DNA of 62,992 nt, filler included, from Octopus bimaculoides (lineage: Eukaryota): assembly GCF_001194135.2 (NCBI RefSeq). It is 6 parts of 5 records of this genome, joined end to end, with 100 filler letters (N's around TTAATTAATTAA, not from the genome) between each part and the next. Parts side by side here need not be neighbours in the genome. Positions count along the whole stretch, not along the records: positions 22,238 to 33,441 come from NC_068983.1; positions 33,542 to 45,792 come from NC_068985.1; 4 more parts are not named here. One strand, 5' to 3'. The position numbers and the translations under genes are program-made. Shown here in pieces: positions 25,571-39,544 of the stretch. Below the pieces are notes generated by a model that was not told where the DNA came from, ran no database searches, and was given only the letters and a program-made list of their open reading frames with translations. The stretch's first letter is position 1; each line of letters starts with the position of its first letter.

Positions 25571-25654
25571 CANNNNNNNNNNNNNNNNNNNNNNNNNNNN
25601 NNNNNNNNNNNNNNNNNNNNNNNNNNNNNNNNNNNNNNNNNNNNNNNNNNNNNN

Positions 25655-25715
<61 letters not shown>

Positions 25716-26442
25716 CGTACATACATACATACATTCATAATTACTTGTATACATGCACACATATGTGTATGTGTATATGTAAGTATACATATAAATATAT
25801 AGCTATGTGTATATGTGTGTGTGTGAGATACATGTGTGAAACACGTTCCGTACATGTGTATCTAATCTGAAAACAGAACGGACCATCTCATCTAAATAGT
25901 GAATATGCTTTTTCTATTAACTTACACAATATTCTCTTATGTTCCTGTATTTTCCACCGAGGAAGAACATGAATATTCCATTATCTCGGAAAACATCTGG
26001 AATAATATTATTACTGCTGAGTGGTTTATTAACATTGTGGTTCGTGATGCGACTGAAAGATCGTAGATTACATATCGATATGGCTGCTAGAAATCTATAG
26101 ACATGTGTGAACCCTAGGTAAAATCTGTAGCGTTACCATCAACAATATAGAAGAAAATACTTTCACATAAAAATCCCTCGGAGACTTCCAGTTGGATACA
26201 GGGAACATAACTTTGCATTAAACGGAGATACTTTCATTAAACGGAGTATGGATGACAAATAAATGTGAACAGTTGAAAATCCTCGTTTGGTGATATTATC
26301 AATTCTTTGTAATGAATAAATGTAATTGTGGATTGTTCTATTACTTTTCTGTTTCGTGTTGTACGAAAAGGTGTTTGTGACAATTTCATTTGGGTCTATA
26401 GGAGTATGTCTCGATAAATGTGTATGAATTGCTAAATGCTTA

Positions 26443-26505
<63 letters not shown>

Positions 26506-26867
26506 TTACGCTCGGACGCTCATATATATAGATGCATAAAAGTATGCGTATATTTATATACAGAAGTACATTGCTATCGATATTTATATACTTAAAATCT
26601 AAATACATAACAAAGTGATTCTGTACTAATCTTGAAAAGGTGGAAAACTTCACGGTTCAAGAAAAAGCACGGCGAATTAGAAAAGCATAGCAATTAAACA
26701 TTAAATGGCACAGTGACAATATGTAACACATTGCAGATATCATGTTATAGATGGATAGGGCTAAAGATTAGAAGATGGTAGGTTCGAGTATTTGAGCGGA
26801 TGTGCTGCTGCGGGAAAGGTAGGGAAGTGGAGAGAATGGCTATGTCTCCTCCTCGGTACATAGGCAC

Positions 26868-26871
<4 letters not shown>

Positions 26872-26944
<73 letters not shown>

Positions 26945-26945
26945 C
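26872..26945. repeat. (CTAT)n microsatellite
   Basis: Direct reading. Confidence 0.96.
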
Positions 26946-26981
26946 ATGCGTATACATGCTTACATACAATATAATATGATA

Positions 26982-27026
<45 letters not shown>

Positions 27027-28969
27027 AAATATATATATATNNNNNNNNNNNNNNNNNNNNNNNNNNNNNNNNNNNNNNNNNNNNNNNNNNNNNNNNNNNN
27101 NNNNNNNNNNNNNNNNNNNNNNNNNNNNNNNNNNNNNNNNNNNNNNNNNNNNNNNNNNNNNNNNNNNNNNNNNNNNNNNNNNNNNNNNNNNNNNNNNNNN
27201 NNNNNNNNNNNNNNNNNNNNNNNNNNNNNNNNNNNNNNNNNNNNNNNNNNNNNNNNNNNNNNNNNNNNNNNNNNNNNNNNNNNNNNNNNNNNNNNNNNNN
27301 NNNNNNNNNNNNNNNNNNNNNNNNNNNNNNNNNNNNNNNNNNNNTATATATATATATATATGTACATATACCAGTGTAAGCACATAAATGTGAAACAAAG
27401 ACAGAAAAAATAGTACTCGAATACTGGAGGTCGAGAAATATGCTTTATTATTAAAGCTGCAAAAACATCCCAAAAATGTCACAAAAGCTGCTACTCGTAT
27501 TTATCGATACCTTGCTAATAGACATGCAAACAAGTGTTGACACTCCGGTCCGTGGGACAGTGCTGCTATATCAAATGTGGATGGCCACTAACCATTTCCA
27601 AGATGGTTCATCTTTTGGTATTGGCTTTAGGGTAGGCCAAAGGCTCGGCTATTTAACTTACTCTGTACATCTGAGCTCATCGAGTCTCTTGTACTTCATT
27701 CTGAAGTTACAGTAGATGACTAGAGACTGCAGTGTAGTGTTCAGCAGAAACCGGAAATAAACAACTTGAAATATCGAGAACGTGATAAGCAAAAGAAATT
27801 TCTTTTGAGCAAATAAATCAATTCTATGAAATCCACAAGTGAAAATTTAGTTGGAATTATATCAAAGTTTTCTATAGTGCACAACAGTTACTATTGTAAG
27901 ATAATTTACCATTTTAGCTAAACTGACGATCAAATAGCATTTTCACCGTATAAAATATATCAGAACTAAAGCAGAAATCGTTAGTTATGAAGTCTAATTA
28001 TAAACTGAAAAATAGTGCCAGCGTATTTACTTTTCGATTTATCTGTGCATTTACTGTTCAGATGAAAGTGTCGTAATTTTTTTATATCTCACTAATGACT
28101 ATCATTTAGGATTCAAAAGGTTCCATTATTCTAAACTCTGTCCACCAAATTCTCAGTGATTTATTAAAGTGTACTTCGCAGCTGTGTAGATACAGGAGAG
28201 ACCCATCCAGGTAACACGTTTTATACTAGATTACAACAGCTAATAATAGAATTGTTGCGATGTATTACTGTGATAGCTGTGACGGTTGAATAATAATGGA
28301 TACAGGCATGGTTAAAAAGTTTGATTCACAATTGTTTGGTTCGATCCAACAGCGTGATGTCATGGGAAAGTATTTGTTACTATAGAAACGGCTCGACAAA
28401 AAGCTTTTTGAGTGAAATTCTGTTGAGGAAACACAGTGGACGACTGTTATAAAGGCTGTTCTTGTTGTCAGATGTCAGACTTAATCTGTTCATTACCTGG
28501 TTTAACATTATTATCTGGCTTTTAGGGTATCTTTAATGGAACAGACGGGCTTAGAAACATTCGGGTGAGGTTCTTCCTATCAGGATGAACTCTTCCCACT
28601 AATGTCACAGTTTCTGAAAAAAAGTTAATGGCTGTTGTCTGTTTTCGTTAGATTAAACTATTAAAATCAGCTGAAATGTAGTGTAGGAAAGAGTTACTTA
28701 GTGGTGATCACGTGATAATATAGTAAGACGTAGATATATAATATAGGAAATAGTTAATAGTAATACTGTGATAATGTAGTCTCCTACATCAGAAATCTAC
28801 TGTTACTATCATAACATCAGATAATATTTCTGCTACTTTACACCAACACCATTAACTAGCCATACATATTTTATGATTGACTTTCGCTGTAATAATACAT
28901 TAAATAGAAGCTGATATTTAAAACGAAACTCAAACCACAAATCTATGAGGTAATAGATCTGAGAGTAAC

Positions 28970-29116
28970 TAATCGATAAGCGCAGCTGTGTTAGAGAAGC
29001 AACGAACTGATCGATTTGTCTAGTAATGGTAGCAAGTCTCTGATCGATGTGAAGTGCTGATAGCAACAATAGGTGATCGATATTTGTAGTAATGTCGCCA
29101 GGCGTAACTGATCGAT
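28970..29116. repeat. Degenerate ~33-38 bp tandem array with conserved TGATCGAT core (5 cores)
   Basis: Cores at 28970 (TAATCGAT), 29008, 29041, 29074 and 29109. Confidence 0.7.
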
Positions 29117-29119
29117 ACC

Positions 29120-29151
<32 letters not shown>

Positions 29152-29626
29152 NNNNNNNNNNNNNNNNNNNNNNNNNNNNNNNNNNNNNNNNNNNNNNNNN
29201 NNNNNNNNNNNNNNNNNNNNNNNNNNNNNNNNNNNNNNNNNNNNNNNNNNNNNNNNNNNNNNNNNNNNNNNNNNNNNNNNNNNNNNNNNNNNNNNNNNNN
29301 NNNNNNNNNNNNNNNNNNNNNNNNNNNNNNNNNNNNNNNNNNNNNNNNNNNNNNNNNNNNNNNNNNNNNNNNNNNNNNNNNNNNNNNNNNNNNNNNNNNN
29401 NNNNNNNNNNNNNNNNNNNNNNNNNNNNNNNNNNNNNNNNNNNNNNNNNNNNNNNNNNNNNNNNNNNNNNNNNNNNNNNNNNNNNNNNNNNNNNNNNNNN
29501 NNNNNNNNNNNNNNNNNNNNNNNNNNNNNNNNNNNNNNNNNNNNNNNNNNNNNNNNNNNNNNNNNNNNNNNNNNNNNNNNNNNNNNNNNNNNNNNNNNNN
29601 NNNNNNNNNNNNNNNNNNNNNNNNNN

Positions 29627-29678
<52 letters not shown>

Positions 29679-30579
29679 GCACACACACACACACACACAC
29701 GCACACGCAACTGTATACATACATTTGGGGACACAGCTTTATCTTTTCAGTAATCTATATTTAATTAATAATGTTACTGGGTGGCGTTGTCTGTTTCAAT
29801 CTATCTACGTACGGAGTTGGTTGGGGGAAAGTTAGACTGATGTCTTGTGGAATTTGAAGTGAAATTTTGACAGAAAAAGTCAAACCAGAATGCTATAAAG
29901 TATTTAGTTCAGCGCTTTACATATACTTCCATTTTGTGTCGCAACAATAGAAATATTTACCGTTGACAATATTTGTAGGCAGGTTAGAATCAATATTAGG
30001 AGATGAAGAGGACTTTGCTAGTTCCCGGTGTGATAACAGGTAAAACCTACCTGGATGGGAATAAAACTCAGAGAGGTGGTATAGGTGAAAGTATAGGAGA
30101 CACCGGGGAGTTTTTCAACCGTTCCATTCAGAGAGCAGAGAGAGATTTCTTCCGTTGTCAACAGCTTACAACTACTCGCTACTTTCCCGACCAGATAACG
30201 CTCTAGCGTTGGGTTCTCATAGAAGAGAACTCTCTACTGTTGGAATCTATAAAGTAAAGAGTTCTTTAAGGTTAGAGAGAAGAGTACATTTTCCCTTTAC
30301 CTCCTGATGTTTCAGTGGCGTTTGCCAGCGAGGACAGAACATAGAATGCTACAAGATGAAGAAAAGTGTACGATGTAACAATAAGTTCAGATAGAGTAAT
30401 GTTATCGTCAAGGCCAGATACTAAAGTCTTTTATCATAATGAAGGCCATTCTGACGGCTACATGTCTGTAATACACACAAAGCAGAAATAGTTCTCCTCT
30501 GATGGTTGACACAGTAATCGGTTAAGAGAACAAGTCTCACAAGTTACGTGCAATGATAGATTCCTATTCTGGAATATCA

Positions 30580-30602
30580 ACAATAACAATAAAAATAACG
30601 GC

Positions 30603-30633
<31 letters not shown>

Positions 30634-30841
30634 TAATCCTTTCTACTATAGGCAGAAGGGAGAGGGGGGCTAGTCGATTACATCGATTCCAGTACGTAAC
30701 TGGTACTTATTTCCTCTACCCCAAAAGGGTGAAAGGCAAAGTCGATCGCGGCGGAATTTGAAATCAGAACGTAAGGACGGACAAAATGACGCTAAGCGTT
30801 TTGCCCGGCGCGCTAACGCTTCTGTCCGTTCGCTGCCTTAA
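30580..30841 (-). mobile_element. SINE family B with (TTA)n tail
   Basis: Reverse complement of the family B consensus, e.g. ggcaaagtcgatcgcggcggaatttgaaatcagaacg...cgctaacgcttctg...cgctgcctt. Confidence 0.88.
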
Positions 30842-31781
30842 CAGCAAAAATATCTCATTTTAAGGTCTGAAATTAAAAAACAAAAAAAGGTTTTTAGCAA
30901 GACATTGGCACAGACTAATCCAATGACACAGTGTTCGGTGATGCGACAGTACTAGTAGTAAAGAGGTACACTTGCAATGCTACACACACACACACACACG
31001 CACACACAACAAAAACACAAGACAGGAACGTATTTGTACATAAGGGAAAAGTGGTAAGGAATTTAATTTTAATTTTGAGTTGTCAGTATTTGTCAGTTAT
31101 TAGTCATTCGTCAATCTTGCGTCAGTCATTAATCAGTGACTCCCCAAAACAATGTGGTCGTTGCGTGTTTTTAAGAGGATCTCTTATGTTACAAATATTT
31201 GTTGCAACTCTATGTTGTCAGGTCTCCTGTTTAAGAATGATTTGGTGGCATCAGTCTTGGAGGCACCGAAGAGCATCATTCTTCTACTGACTGAGTCATT
31301 TAAGGAACTAAGATATTTGGGTATGCCGCCTTCATTTGCAAATTTGGTTGGAAGCCTTCACAAAAGAGAGGCTGCTGTGAAAAAAAAAAGCACAGCTATT
31401 GAAGCTTATCTAAAAACGAGCTTTAAAGATTGCTGTACATTTATCAACGTTACGGAACTATAAAATGGTTAACATGTTGAAGGAAGCATTAGCTCCATTC
31501 AGTCATGAGAGAACAGGATATCGCAGAAACCGTTCCATTTTATATAATCTAATAACCAGATAACTGAAGTGCTCTATTCAAAAGAGAATATTCTATGTAG
31601 AATTAGAAAAATGCCAGGAGTTTCATCGGCTCAGATTATATACGAACCTATCTATAATAGAGTTGCTTCAATCTTCAGGTATTACCTTCAAATGACTGAG
31701 ATGTGCCGAAGTAAAATTCCTGATATATTCCTTAAGATAAATAGCAGTTTGTATAGTTCTTCTCCCCAAGAACAATTTGCT

Positions 31782-31833
<52 letters not shown>

Positions 31834-32117
31834 TCTCATTGTCATATATAATTTATCAAACGGGAAAACATTTTTTTTTTGTTTCTTTCGTTTTCTATCA
31901 AAGTAGATGAATTCAGTCGTCAGGAAATCAGATTTTTCTCATCCTTCGAACATTTTCTTTCAGAATTGTTTTAAATATTTATTAATGTTTCTTCGTGTTT
32001 CCTACTCAATTTTAATTCCCAATTTTCAATGCCATGAATTTGAATGTCTCAAATATTGTCTCCTGTCACACTATACAAACATAACATTCCGAAATGTTCC
32101 GCTTAATCTTCCGTCAT

Positions 32118-32221
<104 letters not shown>

Positions 32222-32260
32222 GTATCTAAGTATGTATGTGAGTGTAAATTGATTTTATAT

Positions 32261-32642
32261 ATGTGGTTGTGTGGTAACTAGCTTGCATCCCAACCACATG
32301 GTTCTGGGTTCAGTCCCACTTCGTAGCACCTTGGTTAAGTGCTTTCGACTATAGCCTCGAGCCGACCAAAAGCCTTGTGAGTGGATTTAGTAGAAGGAAA
32401 CTGAAAGAAGACTGTCGTTATAGATATATGTATATGTTTATGTGTCTGTTTGTTTCTCCACTATCGCTTGACAACCGATGCTGGTGCGCTTACGTCCCCG
32501 TAACTTAGCAGTTCGGCAAACGAGATCGCTAGAATAAGTACTAGGATCACAACGAATAAGTCTTGGGTCGATTACTTCGACTAAAGACCGTGCTCCAGTA
32601 TGGCCGCTGTCAAATGACTGAAACAAGTACAAGTATAAAAGA
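32261..32642 (+). mobile_element. Full-length tRNA-derived SINE, family A
   Basis: gtggttgtgtggtaa...cccaaccacatggttctgggttcagtcccac (A/B boxes)...gccgaccaaaagccttgtgagtggattt...gctggtgcgcttacgtccccgtaacttagc...ctccagtatggccgctgtcaaatgactgaaacaagta. Confidence 0.92.
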
Positions 32643-33554
32643 ATATATAAATAATACATTAAAAGTCATATTGAATCTTGCTTGCTTGCAATGTTACTCA
32701 GCCAAATTGGCGCATGATGGAAAATGCTATGAATTAAGAACCCTTGAAATGTAAATACAGACGGAATGAAAGGAATTTCGCGTAAATCGGATTAGTGGTT
32801 GTGAAGATATTAAGGGTTTTCGGGGTATGAATACCCAAAACGGTGCATCATGAGAAAGGTCTCCGAAATTAACTTCATCCTGAACGGGAAGTAACTTTTA
32901 CCTTTGGATTAGACACTGTAACTTGACAACGAAATATACGATTTGTTTATTTACAGTAAATGTTTGTTAAACACAATATTTTAATCATTTACAAATATTT
33001 TTCAATGAATGTAATTTCAAAAATGCAAGTTTTTAGTACAATAAGTATTTACATTTTAACTTTCTTTAAAAAGACAAAACTTTAATGTTTTTTTCAAAAT
33101 TATTTTCAAGTGAATACTATTAGAAAAATTTTGTGACATATTAAAAAAATATTCTAAAGTGAAAATGACTTTAAAAATACGGTAAATATTTCGTAAAAGA
33201 CCCGTTCGTAAGCTCGGTGTGAAATAATTTTTTTCCATAAATTTTTTCCATATCATTTAACGTATCTCACCTCCAATATTTAGTTGCTATTTCTAGCGCG
33301 GCATGCTACCACGTAACAGCTATTTGCGATAAAGGACCTAAAATAGCTGTTACATGGTAGCAGGGCATGCAAGAAATAACAGCTAAATCTTTCCTTTTCT
33401 GGGGAAGATGCCGATGATTTCGACGTCACATTCGTTGAAAGNNNNNNNNNNNNNNNNNNNNNNNNNNNNNNNNNNNNNNNNNNNNTTAATTAATTAANNN
33501 NNNNNNNNNNNNNNNNNNNNNNNNNNNNNNNNNNNNNNNNNATATATATATATA

Positions 33555-34791
33555 TAGGGTGCGGTGAGTAAATTGTCGTCTAAATTACGCAGAAATGAAA
33601 ATAAAAATGACATCTCATTTTAATAGTAAGGAGTAAATTTATTCAATAAAATCGCCATTGGCTTCAACCACGGCCTCCAGGCAACTTCGGAATCGCCTGC
33701 AACTCTTCTGAATGCTGCCATAATCCTTGCCTTTAGTTCGTCATTGGTGTTAAAAGGTGTTTGGTTTTGTCTCTCCCTGAACTGCACCCCACACATAATA
33801 ATCATGCGGCTTGCAGTCCGGGAGGTTAGTTGGCTAGACGTTAGGGCTGATGTGGTCGTAGAAATTATCTGATAGCCATGACAGGGTTCTCCTGCTTGTG
33901 TGGCATGGTGCAGAGTCCTGCTGCCAGACATAGGGTCTTGCAGCAACCACCTTCTTGACGCAGGGTAGCACTACCTCCTCCAGACACTTGATGTAGACCT
34001 CCGTGTTGAGTCTAAGGCCGTGTGGGAAGGTGAATGGAGGCATAACGTCGCCTTCACTAGTCATACTCCAAACACCATTATGTTGACTGGATGTACGATT
34101 TTTATCGCTCTCGGTACATGATTTGGTGACACGGCAAGCTAACGGTTGTTCTGTGTATTCGCTATTTAGGTCCTGGCAGAAATTTTTGTTACCTGAGAAA
34201 AGCTAAAGCATGTTCGGTTGGAGGGGATGCTTGAGTTTGTTCAAAAGCTTTGTAGCGCGGTCTTTCCTTTTGTCCCTTATGGTTTGGAGACAAATTGGCT
34301 CTTTCTCATCTTGTATGAAGAATACAGAATGTCTTTATAGACTATCTGCCTGAGAAGAAATATAAACACTCCTATGACCCTAGTGAAGGACCTGTTTGAC
34401 TTGGAAGCATCCTTGTCGATCATGGCCTGGATCTCACCAACAAATTTAGTTCTTTTCTTATCAGAACTATCAGAGTAATGTTTTCGAGCTGCCGTACCTT
34501 CGTAATCACCATTAGACTCATCCATCTCTTACCGAATCCTCTGTACTGTCCTCAGATTGAGACACTAACACTTTGAAATGTTCGTATTAGAGTTTCCGGT
34601 ATGAATGACAAGCACTACAGCGTATCGTTTCTAAATTCCTGGCACGGTGAATTGCCTCATGATGCTATTTTTCTCACACGCGGTGCTGAACTGACCTTAC
34701 TATAATGTGTAGACGACAAAATCAAAAACAAACAAAGCGCATGTGTGAAATTAAAAATATAAAATGGCGACAATTTACCCATCGCATCCTA
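33555..34791 (-). mobile_element. maT (Bmmar1-like) DD37D transposon, full length with TIRs, decayed ORF
   Basis: TIRs tagggtgcggtgagtaaattgtcgtc / ggcgacaatttacccatcgcatccta in TA context. YVWQQD-SAPCHTSRRTLSWLSDNFYDHISPNV*PTNLPDCKPH-D gives 37 aa spacing. The first D region reads FSGNKNFCQD (D mutated). Confidence 0.9.
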
Positions 34792-35583
34792 TATGTATGT
34801 ATGTATGCATGCATGTATGTATGCATGTATACCTGATCGCTAAATCCACGAGCGGAGGCTCGAAACGTAAAATACATTCTCACTTCTCGAGCGTCACATT
34901 AGTACACCTGCTCGTTGTTCATACACTTCTCTTCGTCTCTTGTTTTTCTGTAAATTTCAACTATATATATATATATATATATNNNNNNNNNNNNNNNNNN
35001 NNNNNNNNNNNNNNNNNNNNNNNNNNNNNNNNNNNNNNNNNNNNNNNNNNNNNNNNNNNNNNNNNNNNNNNNNNNNNNNNNNNNNNNNNNNNNNNNNNNN
35101 NNNNNNNNNNNNNNNNNNNNNNNNNNNNNNNNNNNNNNNNNNNNNNNNNNNNNNNNNNNNNNNNNNNNNNNNNNNNNNNNNNNNNNNNNNNNNNNNNNNN
35201 NNNNNNNNNNNNNNNNNNNNNNNNNNNNNNNNNNNNNNNNNNNNNNNNNNNNNNNNNNNNNNNNNNNNNNNNNNNNNNNNNNNNNNNNNNNNNNNNNNNN
35301 NNNNNNNNNNNNNNNNNNNNNNNNNNNNNNNNNNNNNNNNNNNNNNNNNNNNNNNNNNNNNNNNNNNNNNNNNNNNNNNNNNNNNNNNNNNNNNNNNNNN
35401 NNNNNNNNNNNNNNNNNNNNNNNNNNNNNNNNNNNNNNNNNNNNNNNNNNNNNNNNNNNNNNNNNNNNNNNNNNNNNNNNNNNNNNNNNNNNNNNNNNNN
35501 NNNNNNNNNNNNNNNNNNNNNNNNNNNNNNNNNNNNNNNNNNNNNNNNNNNNNNNNNNNNNNNTATATATATATATATATATG

Positions 35584-35633
<50 letters not shown>

Positions 35634-37087
35634 TATATATATACACACACATATACATATATATATATACACACATTCATACATACATATGCGTACATGT
35701 ATGTATAGACACACAGCACACATGCACACCATGCACCCTGATACGCACATTCACGCAAACACTCACGCTTGTATATGTGCTTCTGTGTCTATATATTTCT
35801 ACAAACAAATACGTCAGGAAGTTGAAGCTATAACCGTCGCAACTGAGAAAAATGTTAATACGGAAATTGGGAGATGGGAATGATAGTCTGTGGATTTACA
35901 CCAACTGTCAACAATAAACACCGAGTAAGGAAATCTGTCCATCTCATATCTTTTGTCTTCTGGCACTAATTAAATTCTTCGTCTGATTGTCCGAAGACAG
36001 TCCTGATTTGTCAATTTTGGATGAGATGGCGACATTGAGATCAGCACATTTCATTCAAAGCCACGACGTTGGTAACAACAATGATGAAATACTGTTAAAG
36101 ATTATCTATAGCTGTCTCTCTTTTCCTCTGTCTCTCTTTTTCACCTTTCCTCTATTTCTTCCTCTCACTATCTGACATTACCTAAATATCACTCTCTAAT
36201 TCTCTTAAACTCACTTTTAATTTTCTTTCTCACTCTCTCCCCACTCTGTCTCCAATTTCTCCCTCCATCTCCGACGATGACAACAAGCAGACAGATAAAT
36301 TTTATTCAGATTAATCTTTTCTTTCTGCTATGAGGGGAAAAAAATAATCATAAAGTGAAGATGTTCATGACATTTTTTAAACCAGAAAGTTAATGCAAAT
36401 CATGGCTGTTCTAAACTGAAATTGAAATTGTATGGCCAATAGAGACTTGACTTCTAATTAAATGAACTTACCTGCATGGCTTGTTTGCAGTATGATATTG
36501 CATGGTATAAAATAATATCGAGATGTAAAGCTTGACACGAAGCCTTGCATATGAATTGATTTTAAGCATTACTATAAATTTATTGCAAGCAATGACCTTT
36601 ATGTGGTCATTTGACCACAAAATAATACTCTACTCCCACACAATCAGGTCATGTGCAGTCATGAATTCTTATTCTGAATGAAAGAGTATATGTCTGCAAA
36701 TAGTTTTGAAAACATCTAAAATTATGTCAAATTAAAAGACTTTTGTTTCTTTTCATTTTCCTTGAGTTATGTGAGAGCAACTACAAATTTTTTAGGGGTG
36801 TAGATTGATGAGATTGACCCATCAAATTTTTGTTTGAAAATGTGTTATAAAATCTCAGTCTAAGGAGATGTATCTCAAAAGATACAATTCTAAAGAAGCG
36901 CTTGCATATAGTTTAACTGCAGTTCAAACGTTAAAATAAAGAAGAATGAAGAGTGAAAATAGTAGAGTAGAATGGGATATATTTGAGGAATTAAGCAGTA
37001 ACAGAGATTGAGCAGATTTTTTTTAATTACAGAATAACAGGCTCTGTGTGTTTAATTTTGGCAGATGTGAAGCCAAGAAGACATATC

Positions 37088-37277
37088 GGTTTCAAATTTT
37101 GACACGAGAACAGCAATTTTGGAGAAGAATGTAAGTCGACCCGTGACCTATTTGTACTTATTTCATCAACCCTGAAAGATAAATGGCAAAGTCGACCTCG
37201 ACGGATTTGAATTCAGAACGGGAAAATGCTAAACTTTTTGCTCGACAAGCTAACGGTTCTGCCAGCTCACCACGTTA
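37088..37277 (-). mobile_element. SINE family B
   Basis: ggtttcaaattttgacacgag...ggcaaagtcgacctcgacggatttgaattcagaacg...gctaacggttctgccagctcacc. Confidence 0.88.
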
Positions 37278-38571
37278 AGAAAAGAAGAAATATCAAGTCT
37301 GTGTTTTAGTTGCTGTTGAGTTCAAATACTGTTTACTGTGATCAAACACGAGACCACATAATTGCGAGACGATTTTCGTAATTTCAATCTGTATGTGTAA
37401 AACAAAGCGGGATTGTCACGGAAAGAAGGTTACTGATAAGAAGTCTACTTCAATAATGATAAACGGAGAATAAAAAAAAACCCCTCCAAATGCTAGAATT
37501 TACTGATTATTACTAAAGTTTATATGTAGCTCCGCTTTGATAAGTAACTACACACTATATTTAAAGGAGGAGATTTATGATCAACTGCTTTCACATTGAA
37601 TATATAACTTCACATTACTTTAAGTAGTCATCATTTTTATACTCAATAGAATATGTAATCAAAAACGTTTAACAGCGATGTTGAGAAGAGCATAGTGGTT
37701 CCATTCGTGATATGTCCTGCAGGTGCCAGCTTTCTCATGTTATTGTTATTGTCTTTGTCACAGTTGTTGATGTTTGCATTTTGTTGTTGCCTTTATTTAG
37801 TCCGAGTCCAGCACTATATGGGGTTAACATTATCCAATGTGGACTTCATTTCCGTAATCCTTGAGAATATGATTTGCAGAGGTTAGAACTGCTATTTCTA
37901 AGCCGGTAGAGTAAAGGTTAAGAGGCAGACAATGCTAGATGTACAGAGATCTTTTGTTCTATAAACATGTTACACATCAATCTCGGAATAACTCAGCAAC
38001 TTTTGGGCTTTTGTGATTTAGTCTGTAGGATATTAAATTGCCCGTTTAACAGTTTCTGATGCGTCAAGGATGGAGCATATTTTCAGTTCGAGGTAATTAT
38101 TAGCTAAACTGATCGAAGAAAAATTTTCGAGTGTAGGTTTTATTTTGCTGCATAAATGTTAGTTTGCACAATTTAAACAGTTGTCAATTGATCTACAAAA
38201 CTAAATATTACTTGGCTTTGTGGGAAAAAGAAAACTTAGAAGGAAAAATATAATGCTGAAACCAAATAGCCAGTGCAGAAATTTGGATGGGGAATAAGTG
38301 AGCTTAGTTCAAGTATATGGGGTGCGCGAGTAAAATGATATTTTTAAGGAAATTAAATGGAACCAGAAGAGTTTCAAAATAGATTTTGCTTCATATGTTT
38401 CGAGATTATCAGATAAAATAATTTCTGCTGTAATGTATATAACACTATTCGCTGCAAATTGTATAATTGATCGATGAAGTACACCTATTTTAAAGAGGAT
38501 CCTGGTCATATATGTATGAATGTATGCGTGCATGCATGAATGTATGTATGTATGTATGTATGTATGCATAG

Positions 38572-38985
38572 AGGCGTAGCTGTGTGGTTAGAAGCTTGCT
38601 TCCCAACCACATGGTTCCAGGTTCAACTATAGCCTTGGGCCGACTAAATCTTTGTGAGTGGATTTGGTAGACGGAAGCGGAAAGACGCCCGTCGTATATA
38701 TATATATATATATATATANNNNNNNNNNNNNNNNNNNNNNNNNNNNNNNNNNNNNNNNNNNNNNNNNNNNNNNNNNNNNNNNNNNNNNNNNNNNNNNNNN
38801 NNNNNNNNNNNNNNNNNNNNNNNNNNNNNNNNNNNNNNNNNNNNNNNNNATATATATATTTATATTTATTTATTTATTTGTGTGTTTTTGTCTGTTTGCC
38901 GCCACGCCACAATCACTTGACGACCGAGGTTCGTGTGTTTACGTCGCCATTATGTAGCAGTTCGGCAGAAGAGACAGATAGAGGA
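38572..38985 (+). mobile_element. SINE family A spanning a gap at its internal (TA)n
   Basis: aggcgtagctgtgtggttagaagcttgcttcccaaccacatggttcc...gacgcccgtcg(TA)n[gap]...cttgacgaccgagg...gcagttcggcagaagagac. Confidence 0.88.
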
Positions 38986-39544
38986 TTCACACGCTTTACG
39001 GAAGTAATGCGTTCCTTAAAATCTGGCCGTAACGCAAAATTCCGAATTGAAAAATTAATTTTCTTATTGATTTTAATATTATCAAGAGATATTGCGTTCT
39101 TGCGAACATTTTGAGGTGGGGTGGGGAATGAAGAACAAGAAAACAAACTGAGAACAAGCGACGCAGCCACCGTTATACATTAAAATAACAAGTTCTAAAT
39201 ATACATGGCACAATATACATAAAAACAAAAAATATTTCAAGAGAAGCATAACCGGGAATTAAGAAAAACGTAATATCATAAGAGTAAATTCTCACCACAA
39301 AAGATGTTGACTACTGTGTGAAGGATGTTTGGGAATGAGTGTTACTAGGCGGATGAGTGAATATATATACTATATTATAGTTTATTATCATCAGCATTGG
39401 CTTGATGGTTGAAGACCTTATCCCAAGTTGTTTGTTGTTTGACAAATCATCTCTTTGTACAGTTCAGTATAAGGACTGAGCTCATTGTAAACTAATCCTG
39501 TAATTTTTATGTAACATTCAAGATTATGGCCCCTATCAGCAAAG

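Noticed and set aside
28970-29116. CRISPR-like repeat-spacer appearance
   Set aside because: The conserved part is only 8 bp, the spacers are partly related, the context is eukaryotic and there are no cas genes.
32261-32335. tRNA genes in SINE heads (also 38572, 45301, 55569)
   Set aside because: A/B boxes are present, but they continue into SINE bodies and lack a complete acceptor stem; these are not tRNA genes.
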